Origin: a virus
Taxonomy: Duplodnaviria; Heunggongvirae; Uroviricota; Caudoviricetes
IMG/VR virus record: IMGVR_UViG_3300032516_000008
Coordinates: 1 to 29,091 of that record
DNA: 29,091 nt
Direction: 5' to 3' (one strand)
A model generated the notes under the pieces. That model saw only the letters and a program-made list of their open reading frames with translations, was not told the origin of the DNA and did no database searches. Shown here piece by piece: positions 8,317 through 18,400 of the stretch; positions within the stretch are counted from its first letter, which is position 1, and every line of letters starts with the position of its first letter. Made by a program: the position numbers and the translations under genes.

Positions 8317-8868
8317 ATGGTCAACATATTAGGATCAAATACAGCTTCGAAACCGATGTACTTTGAACTGGACATCGATGAACCACCACCAGTATTGATG
8401 TTGGCTATAAACCCTAATGAGTTCAACAAATCATTTACTAAACGTGTTACTCAGAGTCGCAAGCGATCAACGTCAAGAGATGACGGTGCATACTTGCATA
8501 ATTTTGCTTATGACGAACTTGACGTAATGACTTGCTCTGGCACGTCAGCAATGTTTTATGGTACTAAAGGATTAACCGTTGCAGCTAGAAAAGATTCATT
8601 AGGTTATCGCAATTTTAGAAGTCTAATTGAAGTTTATAGAAACAATGGCAGAAATTACTTTACTAGACCCGGTAATATGTCACAGGTCAACGGTGGCAAT
8701 AGCGTGATAAAGTCTGTCGGTCGTGTCATTATTGCTTATGACGACATAATTTATAGAGGATCGTTTGATTCATTTAGGTTTGAAGAGACAGATCAAAAAC
8801 CATTCAATTTCACATTCAATTTTCAGTTTACTGTAAGTAATACAATAGATGTGAGAAACATGCAATGA
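8317..8868 (+). CDS. Tube-like baseplate/tail initiator protein, paralog 2
   Basis: 183 aa from the ATG at 8317, one base after the previous TAG (more likely than the TTG at 8287). Motifs INPNEF, DELDVMTCSG, VYRNNG, YRGSFDSFRFEET...FNFQFTV. Confidence 0.62.
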   Translation: MVNILGSNTASKPMYFELDIDEPPPVLMLAINPNEFNKSFTKRVTQSRKRSTSRDDGAYLHNFAYDELDVMTCSGTSAMFYGTKGLTVAARKDSLGYRNFRSLIEVYRNNGRNYFTRPGNMSQVNGGNSVIKSVGRVIIAYDDIIYRGSFDSFRFEETDQKPFNFTFNFQFTVSNTIDVRNMQ

Positions 8869-11051
8869 ACAAGAATCAATATAGACAACCTGCAGTTGAT
8901 GCTGTTGCACCTGATGCTGTCGTTTATATTGACGGTATACGTACAATTACGTTAAAGCGAATAGATACTACGGGTCAAGTAGTTGACGTGCCTGTAGATT
9001 TCATGAACTTTGTTAGTAGTATTTCAGTGTCAAAAGGAATTGATCGAGTTCCTGGCGAAGCAACAATTAGTGTCCGAGCTCCAAAGCATATGTTTGAAGG
9101 TGTTTATGGCAGTGTTAGAGACATATTGTCGACAATGTTAGAGATAGAAATATACATGAAGGGTCGATTTCTAGTAGATGGCGAACCTCAATATTGTCCT
9201 GTATTCTGGGGCATGATAACTAATTTATCAGAATCAGAAGCTGCTGGTGACATTATTAGTACTACAATTACTTGTCAAGATATGATGCGATGGTTACAAG
9301 TTACTAGTGTGAATGTGCAGCCATCAGCATATGCTTCTATAATATGGCATGATGCAGCTGCTCAGACGGGATTAAATTCTCAAATGACTGCGTTTGCGTC
9401 AATGTTTGTTGGTATAAGTACTCCCGGTGTAATTGCAAATTTGCTATCATTGTCAATTAATGAGAACTTTTTTGACTTGAAAAATATCGCTGATAGAAGT
9501 AAAGCTACGGAAGATGCAATTATAGACAAAACAGTTACATTAGATAGTTTTAGAGCGTATAATGAGCAATTAGTAAAAACATGGAATAAGAAGTTTGAAG
9601 CACTGTCATCAGCTCTGTATATTTACGGGTTCAAAGGACCTGGAACAGTGAATTCAGTAAATGTGAAAGATGTTAGTCTTGATCTAGATGCGTATGCATA
9701 TATTTATGGTTCTAGAGATGTAGTTGTTAAAGAGGTTGCACAAAGTGAATTTGGGCCGTCATTTACAGAAAAAACTGTTAAGTTACCATGGATAGATGTG
9801 TCAAAGCTATATCCAGAAGGATCAGCTGCTTTTAATACAGGAACAGCACCGGCATTTGAATCAAACTTGCAAAACAGATTAGACGTAGCTAATAATGCTA
9901 AAGAACAGATTCATTATGAATTTTTTCAAGACGTTGACGGCACTGTAGTTTTGAAACCGCAATTTTACAATATGGACACTCGGGCAAATCCCGTATATAT
10001 CGTAGATGACTTAGATATAGAGAACGTAAATGTGATTGAAGATGAAAGTCAAGTATGGACTAGAATTGACGTTAAGGGTACACCTGTAAATGGTTGGCAA
10101 TATGAAGGAAGCGACGCAAACCCTTATTATGGATTCGCAATATCATTTGGTAAATTAGAAAAGTACGGTTTACGTCAGCAAATGATAACGACTAATTTTT
10201 TGATAAGTAATGAAGAAGCGTTCAATTATGCAAAAAGAGAGCTTACTAGACGAAATAGTTTGATATTTAATGGGTCAATGACAATTATTGGCAGACCAGA
10301 ACTTAAACTTGGTTATCCGATATATTGCCCAGGCCGTGATGCATTTTATTATGTAACTGGTATTGATCATGATTTCACTTTTGGTGAATCATTTACAACA
10401 AGATTGACATTAACAGCTGTTAGACAGAAAAAGAGGGACGCATTAGGTGAAGTACTTAAACGCATGTACACTCAAACTGACGGTACGGTTTCAACTCAAG
10501 AAAACATTACCGGTAAAGATGTACCGACAGACCTAGACAATCCTATGAACAACGTGTCAAAGCTTTGCGACCCTACACAGTCTGCGACATTTACAGCTCA
10601 GCGACCGGTTTACAGATATAAGACGCTTGATGACATTTTGAAATATCAGGGTTCATTTAGATTCATTTATAACAGTAGTGATCAAGCAAATTCAGATCCC
10701 AGAATATATCAGCAAGTTACTGATAAAGACGGTTATGAATTAAACGGTGATGGATTTCCGTATGGTAGAGACTTGATGTTGACAGAAGATTTTCAGATAA
10801 AAGCAATCAATTCAACTACTCCGTCAGGCGTTGAATTAGCTTCATCAATGAAATTGAAAACATCTACCGGTAGTCAAAAAAGCGTGTTAAGTTTTCAACA
10901 ACCATTGACGCTTAATCAAGTTGAAAATGTAGCTGTATTGAGTGGTTTAGGTAATAGATCAGCCTCAAGTATAGCAGCAGCAATGCAGCCGTCAACTGAA
11001 GCAAATCTGGCATTGAATCAACCAGGCATTCAAAGCAGTGATATTGGTTAA
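8865..11051 (+). CDS. Baseplate hub protein (T4 gp27 / Mu gp44 / P2 gpD-like)
   Basis: 728 aa. Hub pattern: ISVSKGIDRVPGEATISV, VFWGMITN, TITCQDMMRWL, YEFFQDVDGTVVLKP, KYGLR, GSMTIIGRPELKLGYP, YYVTGIDHDFTFGESFTTRLTL. Confidence 0.82.
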   Translation: MNKNQYRQPAVDAVAPDAVVYIDGIRTITLKRIDTTGQVVDVPVDFMNFVSSISVSKGIDRVPGEATISVRAPKHMFEGVYGSVRDILSTMLEIEIYMKGRFLVDGEPQYCPVFWGMITNLSESEAAGDIISTTITCQDMMRWLQVTSVNVQPSAYASIIWHDAAAQTGLNSQMTAFASMFVGISTPGVIANLLSLSINENFFDLKNIADRSKATEDAIIDKTVTLDSFRAYNEQLVKTWNKKFEALSSALYIYGFKGPGTVNSVNVKDVSLDLDAYAYIYGSRDVVVKEVAQSEFGPSFTEKTVKLPWIDVSKLYPEGSAAFNTGTAPAFESNLQNRLDVANNAKEQIHYEFFQDVDGTVVLKPQFYNMDTRANPVYIVDDLDIENVNVIEDESQVWTRIDVKGTPVNGWQYEGSDANPYYGFAISFGKLEKYGLRQQMITTNFLISNEEAFNYAKRELTRRNSLIFNGSMTIIGRPELKLGYPIYCPGRDAFYYVTGIDHDFTFGESFTTRLTLTAVRQKKRDALGEVLKRMYTQTDGTVSTQENITGKDVPTDLDNPMNNVSKLCDPTQSATFTAQRPVYRYKTLDDILKYQGSFRFIYNSSDQANSDPRIYQQVTDKDGYELNGDGFPYGRDLMLTEDFQIKAINSTTPSGVELASSMKLKTSTGSQKSVLSFQQPLTLNQVENVAVLSGLGNRSASSIAAAMQPSTEANLALNQPGIQSSDIG

Positions 11052-11071
11052 GTCGGAGCTTAAATAAAATT

Positions 11072-13171
11072 ATGGCACCTCAAAAGTCATTTGTACAAAA
11101 GGGTGATGATCCCTCATTTGGTCAATATGTAGACTTCTACAAATTTCTACAAATTGGTAAAATCATACGTGTCGATAATGAACGAAATGTAGTTGATATA
11201 CAGTTCACTTCTAATCCCGTGTTGTCGAGAAGTGTACCAATAACTAACCCGTTGTTTACTGGTAGAGCATTCATTGGCGGAATGCCTGAAGAGGGATCGG
11301 TAGTAATTTGCGGATTCATAAAACTAACAAATACTAGCGGTGTACCGATAATATTGGCCTACATTGATAGTGAATATTATCGATCACTGAATTACATCTA
11401 CAATAATGGCAAAACAACTGATGACATCAAACAGTTAGAAAGCATACATGACAAAATTGGCTGGAATGTACGAAGAGTAAAGAAAAGAAAGCAATATCCA
11501 GGCGATGTTGGTCTTGAATCAACTCACGGGTCTGAAGTTTTTCTTGACAATGGAATAGTAATATCTGATTCAAAACTTAATGAGATAATACTGTCAAGCA
11601 CAGATCGTACAATATATAGTAACTCAATCAATAATCATGTCTATACTAATGCCGCTAGAATATTGAATGGTATTATCACGCGACAATTTGCACCTACAAT
11701 TGAACCAGTGATAATGGATAATGGTCAGCCATTATACATAGTTACTGACGGGCCGTCTATAGATGAAAATGGTCAAGCGTTTACTGAGCTTAGAACTGAA
11801 GTTAGAGAAAAGGCAAATGCTGTATTAGACGTAATTGAGTCCTATGATTATCGAGATTTTGCTGATGATACGTCAAAAGGTAGATTGTTAGTTGCACAAT
11901 TATTTGGTACATTAGTTGGTAATGAAAGAAGCGTGATAGAGAAGTATGGTAAGGTATTGAGACCACAGATATTTACAGGTGAGGGAGTTGCAGCAGTTGA
12001 TGATATAGTTTGTAGACCGAATGAGTATTTGAATCTTGCATCAGCTTATCAATTGAAGTTTGCAAGTGGTACAAAATTTGATGTCGATAAAGAGGGTCAT
12101 ACATTTGTTCACTTAGCAGGCTCGTCAAGATTGCATCCGTTGGGAGCAAATAGATCATTAGAGCTTGCTGCTGATGGTAGTATTAAGTTGTCAATTGGTA
12201 AAGAGAATGTGAATAGCAAGTCAATTGAGCTTAATACTACTGGTAAAGTGTTGATGACTTTTGGAGCAGACGAGTCATCGCAAAGAAGTTGTGAATGGGT
12301 GTTGAATAGGTCATTGCATATAACTGTGAATGCGCCGAATTTAGATGGCAATGCAGTAGTTGAGGAGTATTTTGGCAAAGCGTCTGAGACAGTTCATGCA
12401 GACAAGACTACAACAGTTGATGGATCATATAGTTTGGTTGTGAAGGGTAAGAGTCAGGAAGATGTGCATGGAGCGAAAGTCGAGAATTATGTTAATGATA
12501 GAATGGTGAATATTGGTGGTGATTATCAAGAGATTGTGACAAAGTCAAGACAGAGTAAGTATGGTGAGAGTAATACAGTTGAGATATCTAAGGGTGATAA
12601 TGTATTGAAAATTACTGAGGGAAATAAAACAGAAGAGTTAACATTAGGAAATAAAGAAGTTAAGTTGATTGCAGGTGATAGTACAGAGACATTAATGCTG
12701 GGTAGTAAGACTACTGATTTGACAAGTGGTGATATTAAAGAGACTATAACTAGTGGTAATAGAGAAGCGGCATTAACGTCAGGTGATTTTAAGGTAGATG
12801 TTACTTCTGGAAATATTACTCAGACAATTAGTTTGGGAGATAGTAAAGAAACTCTCTCAAGCGGTAATAAGACTATTACGCTTAAGTCTGGAAATTTTGA
12901 AGTTACGATTACTAGTGGAAACATCACTATCAAATCTTCGTTAGGAAAAGTTGAAGTAAATTCTGGTACGCAAAGTATCACCATTAATGGTATGACAAAG
13001 GTAGATGTGATTAGTGCAACTGAAGTAAATGTGAAAGCTCCGATGGTATCATTAGGGAATACCCCGGCACAAGGTGGGTTGGTAACGGGAAGTCCGGGCG
13101 TCGCGTCACACTATGACTATATTACGGGAGCAGCGCTAGTAGGTTCTGCAACTGTGAAATCAACAATTTGA
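11072..13171 (+). CDS. Baseplate central spike (gp5/gpV/VgrG-like)
   Basis: 699 aa. N-terminal OB-fold-like IGKIIRVDNE...GGMPEEGSVVICGF. C-terminal Gly-periodic beta-helix repeats. Follows the hub gene. Confidence 0.85.
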   Translation: MAPQKSFVQKGDDPSFGQYVDFYKFLQIGKIIRVDNERNVVDIQFTSNPVLSRSVPITNPLFTGRAFIGGMPEEGSVVICGFIKLTNTSGVPIILAYIDSEYYRSLNYIYNNGKTTDDIKQLESIHDKIGWNVRRVKKRKQYPGDVGLESTHGSEVFLDNGIVISDSKLNEIILSSTDRTIYSNSINNHVYTNAARILNGIITRQFAPTIEPVIMDNGQPLYIVTDGPSIDENGQAFTELRTEVREKANAVLDVIESYDYRDFADDTSKGRLLVAQLFGTLVGNERSVIEKYGKVLRPQIFTGEGVAAVDDIVCRPNEYLNLASAYQLKFASGTKFDVDKEGHTFVHLAGSSRLHPLGANRSLELAADGSIKLSIGKENVNSKSIELNTTGKVLMTFGADESSQRSCEWVLNRSLHITVNAPNLDGNAVVEEYFGKASETVHADKTTTVDGSYSLVVKGKSQEDVHGAKVENYVNDRMVNIGGDYQEIVTKSRQSKYGESNTVEISKGDNVLKITEGNKTEELTLGNKEVKLIAGDSTETLMLGSKTTDLTSGDIKETITSGNREAALTSGDFKVDVTSGNITQTISLGDSKETLSSGNKTITLKSGNFEVTITSGNITIKSSLGKVEVNSGTQSITINGMTKVDVISATEVNVKAPMVSLGNTPAQGGLVTGSPGVASHYDYITGAALVGSATVKSTI
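12368..12958 (+). repeat. Spike beta-helix repeats: about 9 octads followed by 14 nonads
   Basis: Octads YFGKASET/VHADKTTT/VDGSYSLV/VKGKSQED/VHGAKVEN..., then 14 glycines exactly 9 residues apart (12581-12958). Confidence 0.85.
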
Positions 13172-13191
13172 TCATTTATTTATAACTGGCA

Positions 13192-13211
13192 CTCCTTTAT
13201 ACTTAAAGGAG
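13192..13211 (+). promoter_or_regulatory. RBS-sequestering hairpin upstream of the endonuclease gene
   Basis: CTCCTTTA (13192-13199), loop TACT, TAAAGGAG (13204-13211): a perfect 8-bp stem whose 3' arm is the SD, 8 nt before the ATG at 13220. Confidence 0.8.
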
Positions 13212-13219
13212 AAATTTAT

Positions 13220-14767
13220 ATGATAAAAGAAGTTGAAGAGTTTTCAAAGACTCAGCAATGTAAGACATTGATTGATGAGTATGAAATTGAAAAAAGTACA
13301 ATTAGAGATTTAGCTAAAAAATATAATTTTTCGCGAAAATTTATAAAAAACGTTTTACAATATAATCATATTACAATTCGTGGATCGTTTTTAACAGAAA
13401 AAAATAAGTCATTGTTTGAATCAATTGGCGCGAATATTATAGAAGATTATAAAAAGCAAGGCGAAAATGTTAGATCGCTTGCAAGAAAATACAGTTTGTC
13501 TCGTGCAAAAATTAATAACATTCTTGGTCGAGCTAACGTTAGATTGAAAAGCTGTGAAGCTGCAAGACAGGAACAAATAGCATTAGGCATTGGAGTGGGT
13601 AAAAATCATCACAATTTTGGAAAGTCTTCACCCATAGGTTCTGGTAGATGTCGATGGTATCGTTATCATAATAAGACGTATCAAGGCAGTTGGGAATTTA
13701 TGTTTGGATTATGGTTGGAGCAGCAAGATATTAAATTCAATGTACATGAAAATGTTAAGCAATTTCATTGCAAGCATGAAAATGAAATGGAATTTACATA
13801 TTGTCCTGATTTCTATTTAGTAGACTATGATAGATATGTTGAAGTTAAAGGATATTTTTCTGATGAAAACAAGAAAAGAATGCAGTTATTCAGGCAGCAG
13901 CATTCGAACATAGATGTGACTATAATAGATAAAAATAAGTTAGTTGAAATAGGTGCATTTGAAGTACAGAAAAAGCTTAACATAGATTTAGAGTTGTATC
14001 AGCTTGATTATGAGAATGAAAAATCAGTTAAGAAGTTTATAGATAATACTAACAAAATTGAATTTCTTAAGTTTCATATTCTTGATGGTCTTAATTTGTC
14101 AGAGCTTGCACAAAAATATGATGTACCTTATCGAGTGATAAGTCACGCATATAATTTATGGGTGCCTGAACATGGGTCTAATGAATTTTATCAATTTATT
14201 TTACAACAATGTAAAGACAGTATAATTAAAGATTGCGAATTAGGGTTGAGTTTTCGAAATATTGTTAGAAAGTATAAATTTAGATCTAACACAAAGATAT
14301 TGTTAGAAGCTATAAGAAATTGGGGAATAACACTGCAAAGTGATAAATTGTCAAAGCAAATTGAAGATAGAAATATTACCATTGAACAAAATATTGTTTC
14401 AGACTATCTAAGTGGTCTATCAATATCACAAATTTGTCATAAGTATGGTCAAGAGTACGGTGTACATAAGAAAAAAGTTAAGCGCATATTGCGCGAAAAC
14501 AATGTAAAAGTTAGAAGTATAGCGCATTACACAAAGCAACGTCATGAAGAACATAGACAGTCAATGTTAGATTCTGTTAATAGAATCGAGATAATTGATA
14601 ATTATAAACAAGGAATGTCTATTAAGCAGATTTGTAGACAATATGGCATATTAAAGATTGTTGTAAAAAAATTGCTAACTGATAATAATGTCGATTTACG
14701 ACCATCGACATATTATTCTTCTGAAAATGCTAAAAAGCCAAGAAGTGTTAAGTTGAAGAACGATTAG
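13220..14767 (+). CDS. Free-standing homing-type endonuclease (PD-(D/E)XK core with multiple HTH-like repeats)
   Basis: 515 aa. Core YQGSWE...YCPDFYL...YVEVKG (PD197, E208-x-K210), a NUMOD3-like GKNHHNFGK, and six HTH-like units. A basic non-structural gene inserted among baseplate genes. Confidence 0.78.
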   Translation: MIKEVEEFSKTQQCKTLIDEYEIEKSTIRDLAKKYNFSRKFIKNVLQYNHITIRGSFLTEKNKSLFESIGANIIEDYKKQGENVRSLARKYSLSRAKINNILGRANVRLKSCEAARQEQIALGIGVGKNHHNFGKSSPIGSGRCRWYRYHNKTYQGSWEFMFGLWLEQQDIKFNVHENVKQFHCKHENEMEFTYCPDFYLVDYDRYVEVKGYFSDENKKRMQLFRQQHSNIDVTIIDKNKLVEIGAFEVQKKLNIDLELYQLDYENEKSVKKFIDNTNKIEFLKFHILDGLNLSELAQKYDVPYRVISHAYNLWVPEHGSNEFYQFILQQCKDSIIKDCELGLSFRNIVRKYKFRSNTKILLEAIRNWGITLQSDKLSKQIEDRNITIEQNIVSDYLSGLSISQICHKYGQEYGVHKKKVKRILRENNVKVRSIAHYTKQRHEEHRQSMLDSVNRIEIIDNYKQGMSIKQICRQYGILKIVVKKLLTDNNVDLRPSTYYSSENAKKPRSVKLKND

Positions 14768-14775
14768 AGGATATC

Positions 14776-15393
14776 ATGCCAATTGCCGGACCTGCATTAG
14801 CTGGATTGATACAGACAGAATTAGCTGCTGCTGGTTTTACAGGTGAAAGTGATTCGTCATTAGCACAGGCTATAGGTAATGGCGTAATTTTGACGATATT
14901 GCAATCGGCTACTTATACTGGTACATCAACTGGTCTTGGAATTGGAGTTGGATCATCAACTGGAACTTTATCAGGATCAATAACACAAGGATCAGCTGTT
15001 GGTAATTTGATATTTGCTCAAATGTCAGCTATGTCATTATTAGGAGAGAAAGCTCAGACTCTAGCAACAGCTATAGGTAACGCAGTTGCAACTCATATGT
15101 CGACAGCAATGATTGTTGGCTCGTCAACTATAGTCGGTATAGGCACTGGTACTGGAATGATTATGGGCGTATTAGGACCTACAATGGGAGCGAACATAAT
15201 AGTTCAAATGCAGGCATCGTCAATTTTAGGTCAAAATTCAACTCAGTTAGCGCAGGCTATAGGAATGGGAATTGCATCTGCAATTCAAGCATCAACAGTT
15301 TCTACTACAATAATGGGAGCTGCAGTTGGTACAGTGCCTCCAGCGCTTCCGCCGATCCCGAGCACGGGTGTCGATTCTGGGAAAATAGTATAG
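14776..15393 (+). CDS. Gly/Ala-rich protein with three internal repeats; possible spike-associated protein
   Basis: 205 aa. Three ungapped 33-aa repeats, each ending LA.AIG.[GA][VI]. SD-like GAGGA. Confidence 0.5.
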   Translation: MPIAGPALAGLIQTELAAAGFTGESDSSLAQAIGNGVILTILQSATYTGTSTGLGIGVGSSTGTLSGSITQGSAVGNLIFAQMSAMSLLGEKAQTLATAIGNAVATHMSTAMIVGSSTIVGIGTGTGMIMGVLGPTMGANIIVQMQASSILGQNSTQLAQAIGMGIASAIQASTVSTTIMGAAVGTVPPALPPIPSTGVDSGKIV

Positions 15394-15401
15394 GAGTAAT
15401 A

Positions 15402-18400
15402 ATGGCAACACTGTCAGAACGTGATAGAGGATTACTGCAAAACAAAATTGACGACTTAAACAAGAGCAATAAGCAACTACAAGACAGCATTGCTTCTGAT
15501 CAAAATGTTGTTAGTAATTTGCAATTGTTTGACATTTCATCTAAGAAATTTGTAGACGAAAAACATCTTGAGATTTATGCACTAGAAGAAGAACGACGAA
15601 TATTGACAGGCAAAACAATAATTGTACCGGTAGAAGAAGACGCGTTTTGGGTAACTACAACTGAACTCAACACTACACTCACAATAAATGACGGTCGATT
15701 AACTGCTCAAAAGAATGACATAGTTTTTGTTGATGTGCCAATTACATCTGCTAGAGCGTATGTTCTTTCAAAAGCTGCAGGAACAGATTTTGAAATCTGG
15801 ACAAGAGATCGTAAGGGATCAACTACATCTGAAGCTAATGTTCCTGCATCGTATTCTATACATTCTGGCAACAACAAATTAACTGTCAAAATTGACAGTA
15901 TAACAGCTGATGTCAAGATATTTGAAGATCTGTTTTTAGAAATTGATCCTGGTCAACAACCATTAGTTATTGATTCGTTTGTATTGTCAGCAAAACTTAC
16001 TGAAGGATTGGCTACTGCCGGATTCACTAATGCACAGTGCATTTACAATCAAAACATACAAACCTTTACTATAGCATCAGGCACTGGCGGTACAAGCTCT
16101 ACAGTAGAAGTAATCACATCTGCTATTCCTACAGATTTAGCTAATTTGATGAAGTTTACAAGTAATCAAGTTAAAGTTGTTGGTAAGTATGCAAACAATA
16201 AGTTTAAGGTTAAGATTGATGGTACAGAGAATGAATTGACATTAGGATTTGATGTTAGAATACCAGTACATAGTTCATTGGGTTATGCAATTGATGATTT
16301 TAGTGCAGATTGGCGCCAGACATTTTCAGGAGGATTACAGCCTGCGCAATCAAATAATGGAGCAAAGATTTCGTTATTGATTCAAAGTCAATTAAGAGGT
16401 ATTGGTTCAGACGGATATTTGACTGCTGAATGCTTGTATTATTCTGATAGTGAAAAGTTTGTTATTTATTCTGGTACATTCGGCAATACATCATCTATAG
16501 AAATACTGCCTGCTAGTGATACTAATAGAGATTTTAGATTTACAATAGGTATGGATGAACCTACTGATAGTAGAAATAATGAAACATCATATAATACATT
16601 GCAAGATCTATACAATTATTTGAATCAAAATACGTGTCTACTGTGTTCAAATTTATCAAATCCGACATATGATTGTTATTCTTTATTATCAGTCAACAAT
16701 GCATTAATTTCAAATATTCAGTTGGTTTTACAAACTACGTCGATGTATGATCGTGCAAGTTTAAGTCAACCGAATTTGTATGGAAACAAAATTCGTATAA
16801 ATTCACAAGTGAATTCATTTGATATACTTGAAGGTTCTACTCCTGTATCAGTTTTTATACCTGATGGTGATTATTCTGAGTCTGAATTATCTTCTACTTT
16901 GCAAGATTTATTGAATGCTAATACAACTGCATCTAACGAGTATGTTGTTCAATATAAACAAGCGCCATTGTCTAGATTCATTATAACTGCTAAAAACAAT
17001 TTTAGACCAATGTTTGGTACTGGCAATAATAAGTCGACCAGTATATCAACTTTTATGGGATTCGCAAACTTTTCTGATCCATCTGCGAATAAAGTGTTCA
17101 TAAGTAACGCTATATCATTTGCCGGTGTTGATTTCTTTAGTATGGCAGCGATACCTCAGTTTGTACCGTATGCTTATCTAAATAATCAACCACCGTATTA
17201 TGATAATACAAATACATTTACTGAATCCATGGCCTTGTCAATAGAATTATCAATGTCATCATTAGAAGCTGCAGCTGTAACAGCGCTAATGAGTCAGATA
17301 AATATTGACAATGACGTTAGATTGAGTAACTGGGCTAGTGTTGCAGATTCAGAATTGGTTTTTAAGAGAACATCATTACAAATGATTGGGTTTCAATTGT
17401 CTATTCGTAGTGCTGCATATGGGACTGCAGATCCTGTGTACTTAGATATGTTAGCTGAGTATAATAGTCTTAGTACTGATATTAATGATGTTTTGTCAAT
17501 GTTACCTGATAAAACTATTATGCATTTGCGACAAGAAATAGGCATGATTTCAAAGAATATTTTTGGTGAAGGTCAGACAACTCAAGTAGTAGTATTAACG
17601 TCTGGTGTAAATGATGATCGTATTTATGATAGACCGGCAGTTGAATTTAGATATGACGATGCAAAATTCTTGCCTACTAAGAATATGACGCCGACCTATA
17701 GAAATAACGTCAATTATAAGTTGCAAGAAAAAATTGGGTTTAGTTTACAAACCGATATGGCGACATTCACAACTCCGGACTTAATAGTTCATCCCGTGAC
17801 TGATGTTAAAGTAACTATAGATGCAGCAAAATTACAAACGACAGTTTATTGGGTTAGCGGTAGTGCAGTTGATATGAATTTGTCATTCATTAGTTATCCA
17901 AATGCTTCTGACGTAATAACAGCGATTACTGCTCAATATTCTACATCAATTAAAAATGAAATATGGTCAAGATATACAGAAAAATACATGTTATTCAACG
18001 GTGATTCATTCTCAATACTCATCGGTGCTGGAAGTGTACAAACAATAAATATTTCATGCAGTAATGGTTCATCAATTTCAGGTGCAATACCAATGACAAG
18101 TATTGCTTCAGGCATGACATTAGATGTAGCGTTAAATGGTGAATCTACTAAGACGATCACTTTTCCATGGACGACAATGAGTGGTTTAGAGACAGCTGCA
18201 ATAATTCAAAGTTTGATTAGATTACTCATTGCTGATTCTATGGAAAATCAATTCGCGTATTCTAATTTTATATGCACATATCAGGGTGGAACATACAATT
18301 TATATTCTGGTACATCAGGTACAGGATCGATTGTTAATGTGACCGGTGGAACAGCTCAACTTCTTTTACAATTAGGATCAATTGAGGCTCCGGGCACTGG

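Noticed and set aside
11052-11071. TAAATA as a T4-like late promoter
   Set aside because: Partial match in AT-rich DNA that is not repeated consistently in the other intergenic gaps.
13172-14775. Group I intron around the endonuclease
   Set aside because: Both flanking genes appear complete, and the non-coding flanks (48 and 8 nt) are too short for a ribozyme core.
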